From positions 27,408 through 91,407 of the forward strand of contig JAJFIK010000056.1 in NCBI GenBank assembly GCA_021775005.1: a stretch of 64,000 nucleotides of DNA, written 5' to 3'. Position 1 is the stretch's first letter. Every line of letters begins with the position of its first letter. Positions 29,226-36,860 of this stretch are shown here, one piece after another. The notes under the pieces were generated by a model that searched no databases, was not told where the DNA came from, and saw only the letters and a program-made list of their open reading frames with translations. Source of the stretch: Rhodospirillales bacterium. Its GTDB lineage: Bacteria > Pseudomonadota > Alphaproteobacteria > JAJFIK01. A program made the translations under genes and the position numbers.

Positions 29226-30034
29226 TGCCCCAGCGCACGTTGCGCCTTAAGGATATGAGATAGAAATTTCGCGAGCTGTTGCCAGCGACCTTGTCGTTTG
29301 AGCCCTTCGGGCAGCGCTCCAAAACTTTCAAAGCGCCACGGGTCCGCCGCGAGGGATGTATCGCGAGTCAGAATGCCAAACAGAAGCGCACCATCGTCTC
29401 CGGCATGGATAAGTAACAATTGCTCATCAGCAACCAGGATGAGTGTCCCATCGAACTCTGAGATGATGGCTGACGCGCTCTCTTGCGAGAGATCTGAGTT
29501 TTTTTCTGCGGTGCGAAGCAAATCAGCAATGCGCGCGCGCTCATCTGGATCGACAATAAACTGCGCCGGTGATGGGTCGCGCTCAATGGCCGGAGGAGGC
29601 GCGGCGACAATGTCAAATGTCACTCTGTTGGAATGTGACTTTTCACTGCCCGCACCCCGCCCCAATGCGAACACGCGAAAGCCGCTGGAGCGTTTACGCG
29701 CCATGGTAAAACCAATTTCAGCACTGACTTTGGGAATGCGAAACGAAGCCGGCAACACTGCCCCGGGACGGGATCGATTGTATGCCGCACTTTCACGATC
29801 AAGCTGGGTCTGCGCCTTGATCATCCCCTCGCCCACCTGATCAAAAAACTCTTCAATGCGTCCCGGCGGGGTGGCGCCGGGAATGAGCCCGCCCAACTGA
29901 TCCACTACTTGTTCAAGCCGCTCATGCAGCGCTATGAGTTTCTCATCAGAGAGGGACTCAAATTCAGAACGCTGCATGGCAAGGCTCCGCCGCGCATCCA
30001 ATAGCAGAGCAACAACTTGGTCTTGGGCGTTCAT
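29222..30034 (-). CDS. Hypothetical protein (270 aa), second gene of an uncharacterised pair
   Basis: Start taken at Met14 of the track ORF (MNAQDQVV...), giving a TGATG overlap with the upstream gene at 30032-30036. I see no TM segment, signal peptide or catalytic motif, and I recognise no family. Confidence 0.6.
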   Translation of the reverse strand: MNAQDQVVALLLDARRSLAMQRSEFESLSDEKLIALHERLEQVVDQLGGLIPGATPPGRIEEFFDQVGEGMIKAQTQLDRESAAYNRSRPGAVLPASFRIPKVSAEIGFTMARKRSSGFRVFALGRGAGSEKSHSNRVTFDIVAAPPPAIERDPSPAQFIVDPDERARIADLLRTAEKNSDLSQESASAIISEFDGTLILVADEQLLLIHAGDDGALLFGILTRDTSLAADPWRFESFGALPEGLKRQGRWQQLAKFLSHILKAQRALGH

Positions 30035-30594
30035 CAAGCTGCCGGAACACCAGGGATGGCCAGCCCCTGCCAAATCTCCATGGCGCTCTCTTGGATGGAG
30101 GCATCAAGCTCCGCCGGGGCGGGCAATGGCGGTGCCACATCGCCCACTTCCGCGGCGCGCGAGATCAATCGGTCGGCAAATTGCGCATCGGCATAAGCAT
30201 GGATGGTGGCAGTGATGCGGGCGCTGGCGCGATAGTCATGACCATAGCCTTGGGTCATGGCAGCATTGACCTGCAGCATTTTGAACGTGGCTCCCCCGCC
30301 AATGGTGGTTGAGCGTTGTTTGGATTCTGCCAGGTCTGCGCCAAACTCGATCGTTGTTTCTGTGAACTGATAACGGCTTGGCGACAGCCCCTTAAGGAGC
30401 GTCAACATCACTGCCGCGCGATCACTCGCGTCAAGCTCAGTTCCCAGGGTCTCGCGCGTCATGATCATGAGTGCTTGAAGGTTCTTGATGTAGTCTTTGT
30501 TTAAGAGTTTCTGAGCCGCAGCAATGTTGCGCCCCAGGTCGCCGATCACATCGGCGATCTCTACAAGTTGGCTGGTAAGTCTGTCTGCGCCCAT
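30034..30594 (-). CDS. Hypothetical protein (186 aa), first gene of an uncharacterised pair
   Basis: Start at Met98 of the track ORF (MGADRLTSQLVEIADVIG...) behind AAGAGGAGG (30605-30613). The upstream 97 codons of the track ORF translate to implausible Cys/Arg-rich sequence. Confidence 0.6.
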   Translation of the reverse strand: MGADRLTSQLVEIADVIGDLGRNIAAAQKLLNKDYIKNLQALMIMTRETLGTELDASDRAAVMLTLLKGLSPSRYQFTETTIEFGADLAESKQRSTTIGGGATFKMLQVNAAMTQGYGHDYRASARITATIHAYADAQFADRLISRAAEVGDVAPPLPAPAELDASIQESAMEIWQGLAIPGVPAA

Positions 30595-30667
30595 TTTTCT
30601 CAGGCCTCCTCTTATCTGTTGCGGATTACAGAATAAGGGCACCCGGGCACGAGGGCATTCAGCGGGG

Positions 30668-30702
30668 ATTAGTATTTTGGAATTGCCGCAAATCAGTATT
30701 TT
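30668..30702 (-). promoter_or_regulatory. Direct repeat AAAATACT(A/G)AT x2 (minus-strand reading), 24-nt register, upstream of the unknown pair
   Basis: Plus strand shows ATTAGTATTTT at 30668-30678 and ATCAGTATTTT at 30692-30702, inside the 146-bp gap between the MBOAT stop and the 186-aa ORF start. Confidence 0.35.
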
Positions 30703-30740
30703 CGGCGGCATTTCGTGGGGATTAATGTGGAGGTAATCCA

Positions 30741-32147
30741 CTAAAACTGAAAATAGTAGAAGTCCCTCACCCCTGATTTTTGCAAAGCATATGTTAGCGC
30801 GACGGCGACACCAAAGAAAATCGCGAATGAAGTGGCCGATAGTGCCTCCACTTTTTGTGCAAAACCAAACCGATGAAATGCCCACTGCGCCAGCAAGAGA
30901 GGGGGCACAAGGACAAGAGGATTTAGAGCCAGGGATTGCGAACCTGGCGTAAGTAATCCACTGCTGATGGCCACCATGGCCATGGAATCGCTGATTTGCT
31001 CCCCGCGAAACAATGAGTTTGAAACCATCAATAAGTACATTGTGAGAAGCCAGCCCAATATCCCTCTGAAGGGGATGTGGATGCTGCGCTTGGCCAAAAA
31101 GTTATGGAGCAGTCGGTGGCAGACGACAGCGACGCCGCCAAATGTACCCCAAGCGACAAATGTCCAGGCGGCACCATGCCAAATTCCGGCTGCAACATTG
31201 ACGATAAACAAGTTTAAGTACGTTCGCAAACGCCCCCTTCTGCCGCCCCCTAGTGGATAATACAAATAATCGCGCAACCATTCGGTCAGGCTAATATGCC
31301 AGCGTCGGCGATACTCAGAGAAATTTGTCACAAGAGCTGGCATATAGAAATTGTGATTCATGCGAAATCCCAACAGGCCCGCTGCGGCGATCGCCATATC
31401 TGAGTACCCTGAGAAATCGCAATAAATTTGAATTGTGAATCCAGCAAGCCCACCGAGCACCGAGAGGTACGTAAATCCTGTCGGATCGGCGAACACCGCA
31501 TCCACGTAGACACTTATGTTGTCGGCAAGGACCGTCTTTTTGAAAAAGCCAATCAAAAATAGAAGCAGACAAGCTTGAACCGGTACGGCGATCCATTTTC
31601 TAGCTGTCTCCAGCTGCGGCATGAACGTATGGGCACGCAAAATGGGACCCGCCACCAATTGAGGAAAAAACGCCACATACGCCGCCACTGTTACTGGATC
31701 GCGATTTGGTTTCGAACGCCGCGTGAAAACATCCAGCGTGTAGCTCATGGTCTGCAGGGTATAAAAACTGATGCCAACGGGCAGGATGATATTCAATGTG
31801 GTGAAGTCAAGCGATCCGCCAAACCCGGACACCAAAGTATCAAGCTGTTCGCCAAAGAAATTGAAATATTTGAAGAAACCCAAGATACCCAAGTTTACGA
31901 CTAAACTTAAAATCAGCCAGATGCGGCGCACTCGTTCATTTTTGCTCTCGTCAATGCGAATGGCGCAAATGTAATCAATCGCCGTCGAAAGGAAGATCAA
32001 TCCAAGAAAGCGCCAATCCCAAACTGCGTAGAAAGCGTAACTTCCTATGACAATGAGCAGATTTCGACTTCGCACCGACCGGAACGACCAGTAGATGAGA
32101 AAGAAGACTCCCAGAAATAGTAGAAACCGAAACTCAACGAAGAGCAT
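30741..32147 (-). CDS. MBOAT family O-acyltransferase (AlgI/DltB/PatA-like)
   Basis: Start at MLFVEFRFLLFLGVFF, the typical MBOAT N-terminus. Multi-TM throughout, with the conserved His region RRWHISLTEWLRDYLYYPLGG. G+C is lower than in the flanks. Confidence 0.85.
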   Translation of the reverse strand: MLFVEFRFLLFLGVFFLIYWSFRSVRSRNLLIVIGSYAFYAVWDWRFLGLIFLSTAIDYICAIRIDESKNERVRRIWLILSLVVNLGILGFFKYFNFFGEQLDTLVSGFGGSLDFTTLNIILPVGISFYTLQTMSYTLDVFTRRSKPNRDPVTVAAYVAFFPQLVAGPILRAHTFMPQLETARKWIAVPVQACLLLFLIGFFKKTVLADNISVYVDAVFADPTGFTYLSVLGGLAGFTIQIYCDFSGYSDMAIAAAGLLGFRMNHNFYMPALVTNFSEYRRRWHISLTEWLRDYLYYPLGGGRRGRLRTYLNLFIVNVAAGIWHGAAWTFVAWGTFGGVAVVCHRLLHNFLAKRSIHIPFRGILGWLLTMYLLMVSNSLFRGEQISDSMAMVAISSGLLTPGSQSLALNPLVLVPPLLLAQWAFHRFGFAQKVEALSATSFAIFFGVAVALTYALQKSGVRDFYYFQF

Positions 32148-33201
32148 GACCACCACCCGTCGTCAGTACCGAGCAGAGATCTGGAGCAAGGCGCTCCGCG
32201 AACACAATCGCTCCCCGATTTGAGAGGTGACTGGCATTGAACCAATTTTCCGGTTCGAACATTTCCGGGAACGAGTCAGCATTGTTCGCATTGAGTGACA
32301 AATATTGACCGTCAATAGACGAGAGTCCCGGGGGGAACATGTTCGCGCCGACCGAACGAAGCAACGTTGGCATCGTGAAGACTAAACCCGGCACATCATC
32401 TTGTATGCGGGACACCCGAGAAGCCATGTATTGAGCAGCGGCGGGCGTAAGCACTGGCATCTGTGTCGGATCATGGGCCTGTCGATATTGAATAGCCGCT
32501 CGAGTGGCTACCGGGTCCATGCTGTCCTCTTGCTCATGAGGGATGTATCCATTGCTCGCGGCGGTATCAAAAACGTCTTGACTTGGCCAGACGAAATCAA
32601 GGCGCCGTTGTCCCAAGGCACCTAGGAGCAAGTGCGAGCTTCGTTGATTTAAGCGGCGAAGTCGCTCCGCTAGTCTTGGGTCTGCATATTGAAATTCGTT
32701 CCACATGGCGTATGCGTGCAGGGTCGGACTGGATTGAAAAACATTACTGCGAACATTGACCGAGGCAAGATGGGCCGACAGCACGATGAGGTCTGGTGGG
32801 GGTCCGTCGAGAGAGGCGATTTGATTGAGGATTGCAATCTCTTCCTGCGGCCCCAGAAGTGGGAAGGCGGCCAGGAACACTTCGACGTTGCAGCCGGACC
32901 TGTTCATCCAATGTGTGAGTTGCTCGGTATTGATCCCATTAAAGATGAGGCTTGTGCCCACAAACACAATGCGTTGCGCCGCATCGCTGCGGCCATATTC
33001 GGAGAGTGAAATACTACTTGCGGGTATGCGATTTATGCCTGCCACCGCCACAGTGCGATTGACTGTTGCCGCATTGAGTAACAGGCCGGTCGCGAGCACC
33101 GTGCCGATACAGAGAACAAAAAATGCGATTCTTGCGCTAATAGATTTTCGAATTTTGCCTTCGTCAGCCAACGGCAATGGCTGAGGGATAATTTTTGACA
33201 C
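32134..33201 (-). CDS. Membrane-anchored SGNH/DltD-like partner of the MBOAT protein
   Basis: 355-aa ORF with one N-terminal TM segment. Possible block I serine (IVFVGTSLIF) and a C-terminal N-x-x-H block (FNASHLSNRG) in the position of SGNH block V. It overlaps the MBOAT start by 14 nt. Confidence 0.5.
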   Translation of the reverse strand: MSKIIPQPLPLADEGKIRKSISARIAFFVLCIGTVLATGLLLNAATVNRTVAVAGINRIPASSISLSEYGRSDAAQRIVFVGTSLIFNGINTEQLTHWMNRSGCNVEVFLAAFPLLGPQEEIAILNQIASLDGPPPDLIVLSAHLASVNVRSNVFQSSPTLHAYAMWNEFQYADPRLAERLRRLNQRSSHLLLGALGQRRLDFVWPSQDVFDTAASNGYIPHEQEDSMDPVATRAAIQYRQAHDPTQMPVLTPAAAQYMASRVSRIQDDVPGLVFTMPTLLRSVGANMFPPGLSSIDGQYLSLNANNADSFPEMFEPENWFNASHLSNRGAIVFAERLAPDLCSVLTTGGGHALR

Positions 33202-33348
33202 TCAACCCACCCAAATTCGACCCAGAATCAGTCTAATCGAAATGGTGCGCACGCACCAAGGGTATTATTGGGGTGGGATTCCGCGTACGCGAAGAACGGA
33301 CTCGCCTGCTTCATGACACCAATCACATTGAACGGCGAAATGTGCCGG

Positions 33349-34221
33349 TTAGAGGTCGCCTATCTGGCAGCCTCGGGCTTTCAAAATATCGCGCATTTCC
33401 CAATAGGCGGCCCCATTTCGGAAAAGCGGAATGGCCGGATGCAGGTGATGCACAATGTGATACTGCATGCCGGATGAGAGCACATTGCCCAAAGCAAATC
33501 GAAAGGCGCGAGTGTCTTTATAACGGCCAACTTTCTCAAACGGATGATGCGGGGCCCAGCTGAGAAAGAACAATGTGTAGGTTGATCCAAGTTGCTTCGG
33601 CAGCCACCAAATGAAAAACGCTTCAAGAGCAAAGCCCGACCAGGAAAAGGCGAACAGGATGGCGTAGTGGCTCAAGCGCCAAATTATGGCTTCGATGGTT
33701 GCCGCGCGCACCTCCGGCGTGTCGCCCATTTTCTCAAGCGCGATGCCGTATGAATCCACAGCACCGGGTTGACGATTCTTGATCGACTTCCAAATCGCAG
33801 CGGCCCAGCCATCGGCTTTATTCCAATAGTCCGGGTCATCTTCGGGGTCATTGGTATGGGCGTGGTGCTTCATATGTGTCATGCGGAGAACGCGATAGGG
33901 AAACACCAGCGGAATGGTGGACACCGTGCCCACAAGCTCGTTGAGCCAACGTAAAGGATGCCCGACCTTGGCAATGTTTGAGTGCTGCGCCTCGTGGGAT
34001 GGCAAGTAGCAGATGCCAACATTCACTGTTGCGACAATAAACGCGATCCAAAGCGGCAGTCCCGCAAAAATCACCAGCGGCCAGAGCGACAACCAGATGA
34101 GAAGGTTACCCAAGCCCCAAATCACCATCATCCACGGCACGCCGCCGATATACTTCCGCGCAATGTCGCGCTCAGCTTTCGCCAGTTCCGCATCAGACAT
34201 ATTTGCGACATCGAGGCTCAT
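33349..34221 (-). CDS. Membrane fatty-acid-desaturase-family diiron enzyme
   Basis: Three His boxes: HEAQH, HMKHHAH and HIVHHLH. Start placed at Met13 of the track ORF, giving an ATGA overlap (34218-34221) with the upstream small ORF. Confidence 0.75.
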   Translation of the reverse strand: MSLDVANMSDAELAKAERDIARKYIGGVPWMMVIWGLGNLLIWLSLWPLVIFAGLPLWIAFIVATVNVGICYLPSHEAQHSNIAKVGHPLRWLNELVGTVSTIPLVFPYRVLRMTHMKHHAHTNDPEDDPDYWNKADGWAAAIWKSIKNRQPGAVDSYGIALEKMGDTPEVRAATIEAIIWRLSHYAILFAFSWSGFALEAFFIWWLPKQLGSTYTLFFLSWAPHHPFEKVGRYKDTRAFRFALGNVLSSGMQYHIVHHLHPAIPLFRNGAAYWEMRDILKARGCQIGDL

Positions 34222-34418
34222 ATCCACCTCCCCGTCACTTTGGCAATGATGCCCCACCCAAGGCCGAGGGCGAGACCCAGTTCAATGGGCGCACGATCAA
34301 ACGGTAAGTCAACGCCGCTCAAAACAATGAACGCCGCAATGACTGGTGCAACAAACCAGATGCCAAATATGACGGGCATCCAATCGAACAACGCCCTCAA
34401 TGCTGTCTTTATGGTCAT
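34218..34418 (-). CDS. Small two-TM membrane protein (66 aa)
   Basis: MTIKTALRALFDWMPVIFGIWFVAPVIAAFIVL...LALGLGWGIIAKV. ATGA overlaps at both ends (34415-34418 and 34218-34221) support translation within the operon. Confidence 0.5.
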   Translation of the reverse strand: MTIKTALRALFDWMPVIFGIWFVAPVIAAFIVLSGVDLPFDRAPIELGLALGLGWGIIAKVTGRWI

Positions 34419-34924
34419 TTAACCATCCTCCTGGCGATCATGGTGGCGAGCTCATCGCGAACCGCGCTGCCGCCGGGGCCGGTGCGAGAAGCAACGCGGC
34501 CCTCATCAAGCAACCGCCCTGTTTTGCTCACGGCCGCAAAGCCGCCGATCATATCGCCTGTTTTGGTATCGAAAAATTCCGTCCGCACGCCGCCCGCCTT
34601 GGGGCTCCACTTATCGCCCCATTCCGTGAGCGCGCCATAGACGAGCTTTAGCTCCTCACCTTTGGGTGTGAGTTCATAAATTTTGCCGCGCGCATCGCGG
34701 GGATCAACCCGCGCCTTGATGATGCCCGCCGCGGTAAGGCGCTCCAACCGATGCGCCAAAACTTTTGATGAAATGGAAAGATGCGCGTTGAAATCCTCAA
34801 AGCGCGTCATGCCCAGCAACAGGTTACGGATGATGAGAAAGCACCATTGATCGCCAATAAGCTCAATCGCCTGCGCAAAGCCGCAGTCCATGTCTTTGAA
34901 GCTGGTTCGGGTTCCGGGCATCAC
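34415..34924 (-). CDS. HxlR-type winged-helix transcriptional regulator
   Basis: CGFAQAIELIGDQWCFLIIRNLLLGMTRFEDF...SSKVLAHRLERLTAAGII is the HxlR signature. It also has a C-terminal extension of about 60 aa. Confidence 0.8.
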   Translation of the reverse strand: MMPGTRTSFKDMDCGFAQAIELIGDQWCFLIIRNLLLGMTRFEDFNAHLSISSKVLAHRLERLTAAGIIKARVDPRDARGKIYELTPKGEELKLVYGALTEWGDKWSPKAGGVRTEFFDTKTGDMIGGFAAVSKTGRLLDEGRVASRTGPGGSAVRDELATMIARRMVK

Positions 34925-35078
34925 AACTCACTTTCTTAAAGAAAGTTATATTTGCTGATGATCAATTGGTCAAATTCCAGCCACAACCAGCTGCAGAACA
35001 TGAACGAGTGTTAACTTGGTACCGCCGTAGGCACCCCCTAAGCTCAACCCCAAATTGAACTCTTTTGGGGGAACCAAA

Positions 35079-35245
35079 ATGCGAATTCTTCAATCGGCTA
35101 TCGCCGCAACGCTGCTTGCCGCCATGTCCCAGCGAGTTTTGCCTGCGATCAATCGGCTGAAGGCGCGCCGGTTATCCTTTCGGATCTTATCGAAGCACTT
35201 CATGGCGATAGCGCTGATCATGCAGCATTCAACGCTGCCTATGGC
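35079..35245 (+). other. Detached 5' segment encoding a signal-peptide-like sequence, out of frame with the S41 peptidase ORF
   Basis: ATG 35079 gives MRILQSAIAATLLAAMSQRVLPA, then implausible sequence up to a stop at 35282. From about 35150 the peptidase frame (offset by one nucleotide) reads ...DQSAEGAPVILSDLIEALHGDSADHAAFNAAYG and continues into the 35246 ORF. Confidence 0.45.
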
Positions 35246-36409
35246 ATGGCTGGCGATGATGCGCTTGCAGCCACTGCAATGATCCTTGGTGCAGACTTTG
35301 AAGTTGAAAGCCATCTCTGGTGCATGCCCGATACCGCAGCTGCGCGGCTCAGACTCGCCGGCGGAGATACGACGAATGTTGTCTTTGTAGATCTCACGCC
35401 GAGTTTGGAAATTGAGGCAATTGCCCTTCGCCGCACGACCCATGTGCCGGACGCGGGGCCCATCGGTACGCCTGAGCAAGCAGCAATCTTAGATGCCATC
35501 AAAGTACGGATCCAAACCGAATACGTGCTGCCTGAGGTAGGTGAGCAGATGGCCGTGCGATTGACGGAACTGCAATCAAATGGGCGCTACGATCAAATTG
35601 TAGAACCAGCAGCCTTTGCATTGCGGGTGACCGAGGACTTGCACCACGTCTATCTTGATCAACACATGCGCATTCGCGAGCCAAAAGCCTATGCGGATCG
35701 CTATGAATTGTTCTTTGGCCCCGACGATAGCGATGATCATGGCGGGCAGGATGAAGACCCGGTGGCCACTCAAAGCGAAATCCGCATTCGGACTGTCAAT
35801 GCTGGCGATCAAAGCCTGGGCTATATCGGCTTTGACCGGATTATGCTCGAAGGGCCCTATGCGACCGATCGCCTGCGGACTGCGGTTGAAACATTTGCCG
35901 ACGCGGACGGACTGATTGTTGATTTGCGCGGCACGCGCGGCGGCGATGGGCACGTCACCGCCATATTGTCCAACCAGCTGTTCGCCGAGCGCAGACAGCT
36001 TCTCGGAGGCGTTTTCATTGATACTGAAGCGTCAATGTGGATCGATGAGCCCTCATACGCAGATCCCGATAGCACGCTGCCTTTGATTGCCGCTCCGATG
36101 ACGGTGCTCATAAACGAGGGCACTGGCTCAGCCGCTGAAGCCTTTGCCTTCGCAATGCAGGTCAGTGGGCGCGCCACAATAGTGGGCGCGCAGTCTGCAG
36201 GCGCTGGGCACCGGGTCACATTAGTTCAATTGGCTGATGGCTTTGGAATGGACCTGCCCATTGGACGGTCATTCGATCCTGCTACCGGTGAGGGCTGGGA
36301 AGGTGTTGGCGTCACTCCCGACATTGCTGTGTCATCTGACCTGGCCCTTCCTGCTGCGATCTCTGCAATGACAGGCATGGAGCTAGCCGAAGCGCCTCAC
36401 CAACACTAG
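35246..36409 (+). CDS. S41 family (C-terminal processing-type) peptidase, possibly frameshifted at the 5' end
   Basis: 387-aa ORF. LIVDLRGTRGGDG and VLINEGTGSAAEAFAFAMQ (catalytic Ser context) are typical of peptidase S41. There is no signal peptide in frame. Confidence 0.7.
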   Translation: MAGDDALAATAMILGADFEVESHLWCMPDTAAARLRLAGGDTTNVVFVDLTPSLEIEAIALRRTTHVPDAGPIGTPEQAAILDAIKVRIQTEYVLPEVGEQMAVRLTELQSNGRYDQIVEPAAFALRVTEDLHHVYLDQHMRIREPKAYADRYELFFGPDDSDDHGGQDEDPVATQSEIRIRTVNAGDQSLGYIGFDRIMLEGPYATDRLRTAVETFADADGLIVDLRGTRGGDGHVTAILSNQLFAERRQLLGGVFIDTEASMWIDEPSYADPDSTLPLIAAPMTVLINEGTGSAAEAFAFAMQVSGRATIVGAQSAGAGHRVTLVQLADGFGMDLPIGRSFDPATGEGWEGVGVTPDIAVSSDLALPAAISAMTGMELAEAPHQH

Positions 36410-36470
36410 GCAGCGCAGCAGGGCTGGCATGCCTGGGTCCGCATTGGGTATCTTATGTTGAAAACCGTGT

Positions 36471-36547
36471 TGGTAGCGAAGGAGGGACTTGAACCCCCGA
36501 CACGCGGATTATGATTCCGCTGCTCTAACCAGCTGAGCTACTTCGCC
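36471..36547 (-). tRNA. tRNA with CAU anticodon (elongator Met, or Ile2 if lysidinylated)
   Basis: Minus strand reads GGCGAAG-TA-GCTC-AGCTGGTTA-GAGC-A-GCGGA-ATCATAA-TCCGC-GTGTC-GGGGG-TTCAAGT-CCCTC-CTTCGCT-A-CCA. This is a 77-nt cloverleaf with an encoded CCA. It has a G1:U72 pair rather than the initiator-type C1xA72 mismatch, and no triple G:C run in the anticodon stem. Confidence 0.9.
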
Positions 36548-36698
36548 ACTGAGGGCCGTCGCTGGAATGCGCGCGACCGCCGAGAGAGGCGGATTTAGGG
36601 GACCGAGCCCTTGCCTGTCAAGCATGGCACGGACCATCGGCGTGGCCCTTTGCGCTGCCCCCTCCCCTCACTTGGCAGAATGCGGCAAACTGCCCGCC

Positions 36699-36860
36699 AT
36701 GCCGATTCAGATTCGCCCTTTCTCTGACCCAGATACCGCCGAGGTGCTGGCGATTTATGCCCATGGCGTCGCCACCGGAAACGCCACAGGGTACACCAAT
36801 GGGAACGCCACCTTTGAGAGCCATCCCGGTACGTGGGCGGCGCGGAAACATCAGCTGAAT
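36699..36860 (+). pseudogene. Remnant of a GNAT (phosphinothricin-acetyltransferase-like) gene
   Basis: MPIQIRPFSDPDTAEVLAIYAHGVATGNAT[GYTNGNAT]FESHP resembles the first 35-40 residues of PAT-type GNATs, after which similarity is lost. A near-duplicated 10-11-nt segment occurs at 36777-36787 and 36802-36811. The rest of the track ORF runs antisense into mnmA. Confidence 0.35.

Noticed and set aside
30595-30885. N-terminal extensions offered by the ORF track. Examples: 30034-30885, 5631-, 19651-20490, 53746-55230, 45894-, 48810- and 47703-.
   Set aside because: The extended parts translate to Cys/Arg/Trp-rich sequence, overlap neighbouring genes or intergenic promoters, and internal ATGs with SD sequences yield canonical family N-termini.
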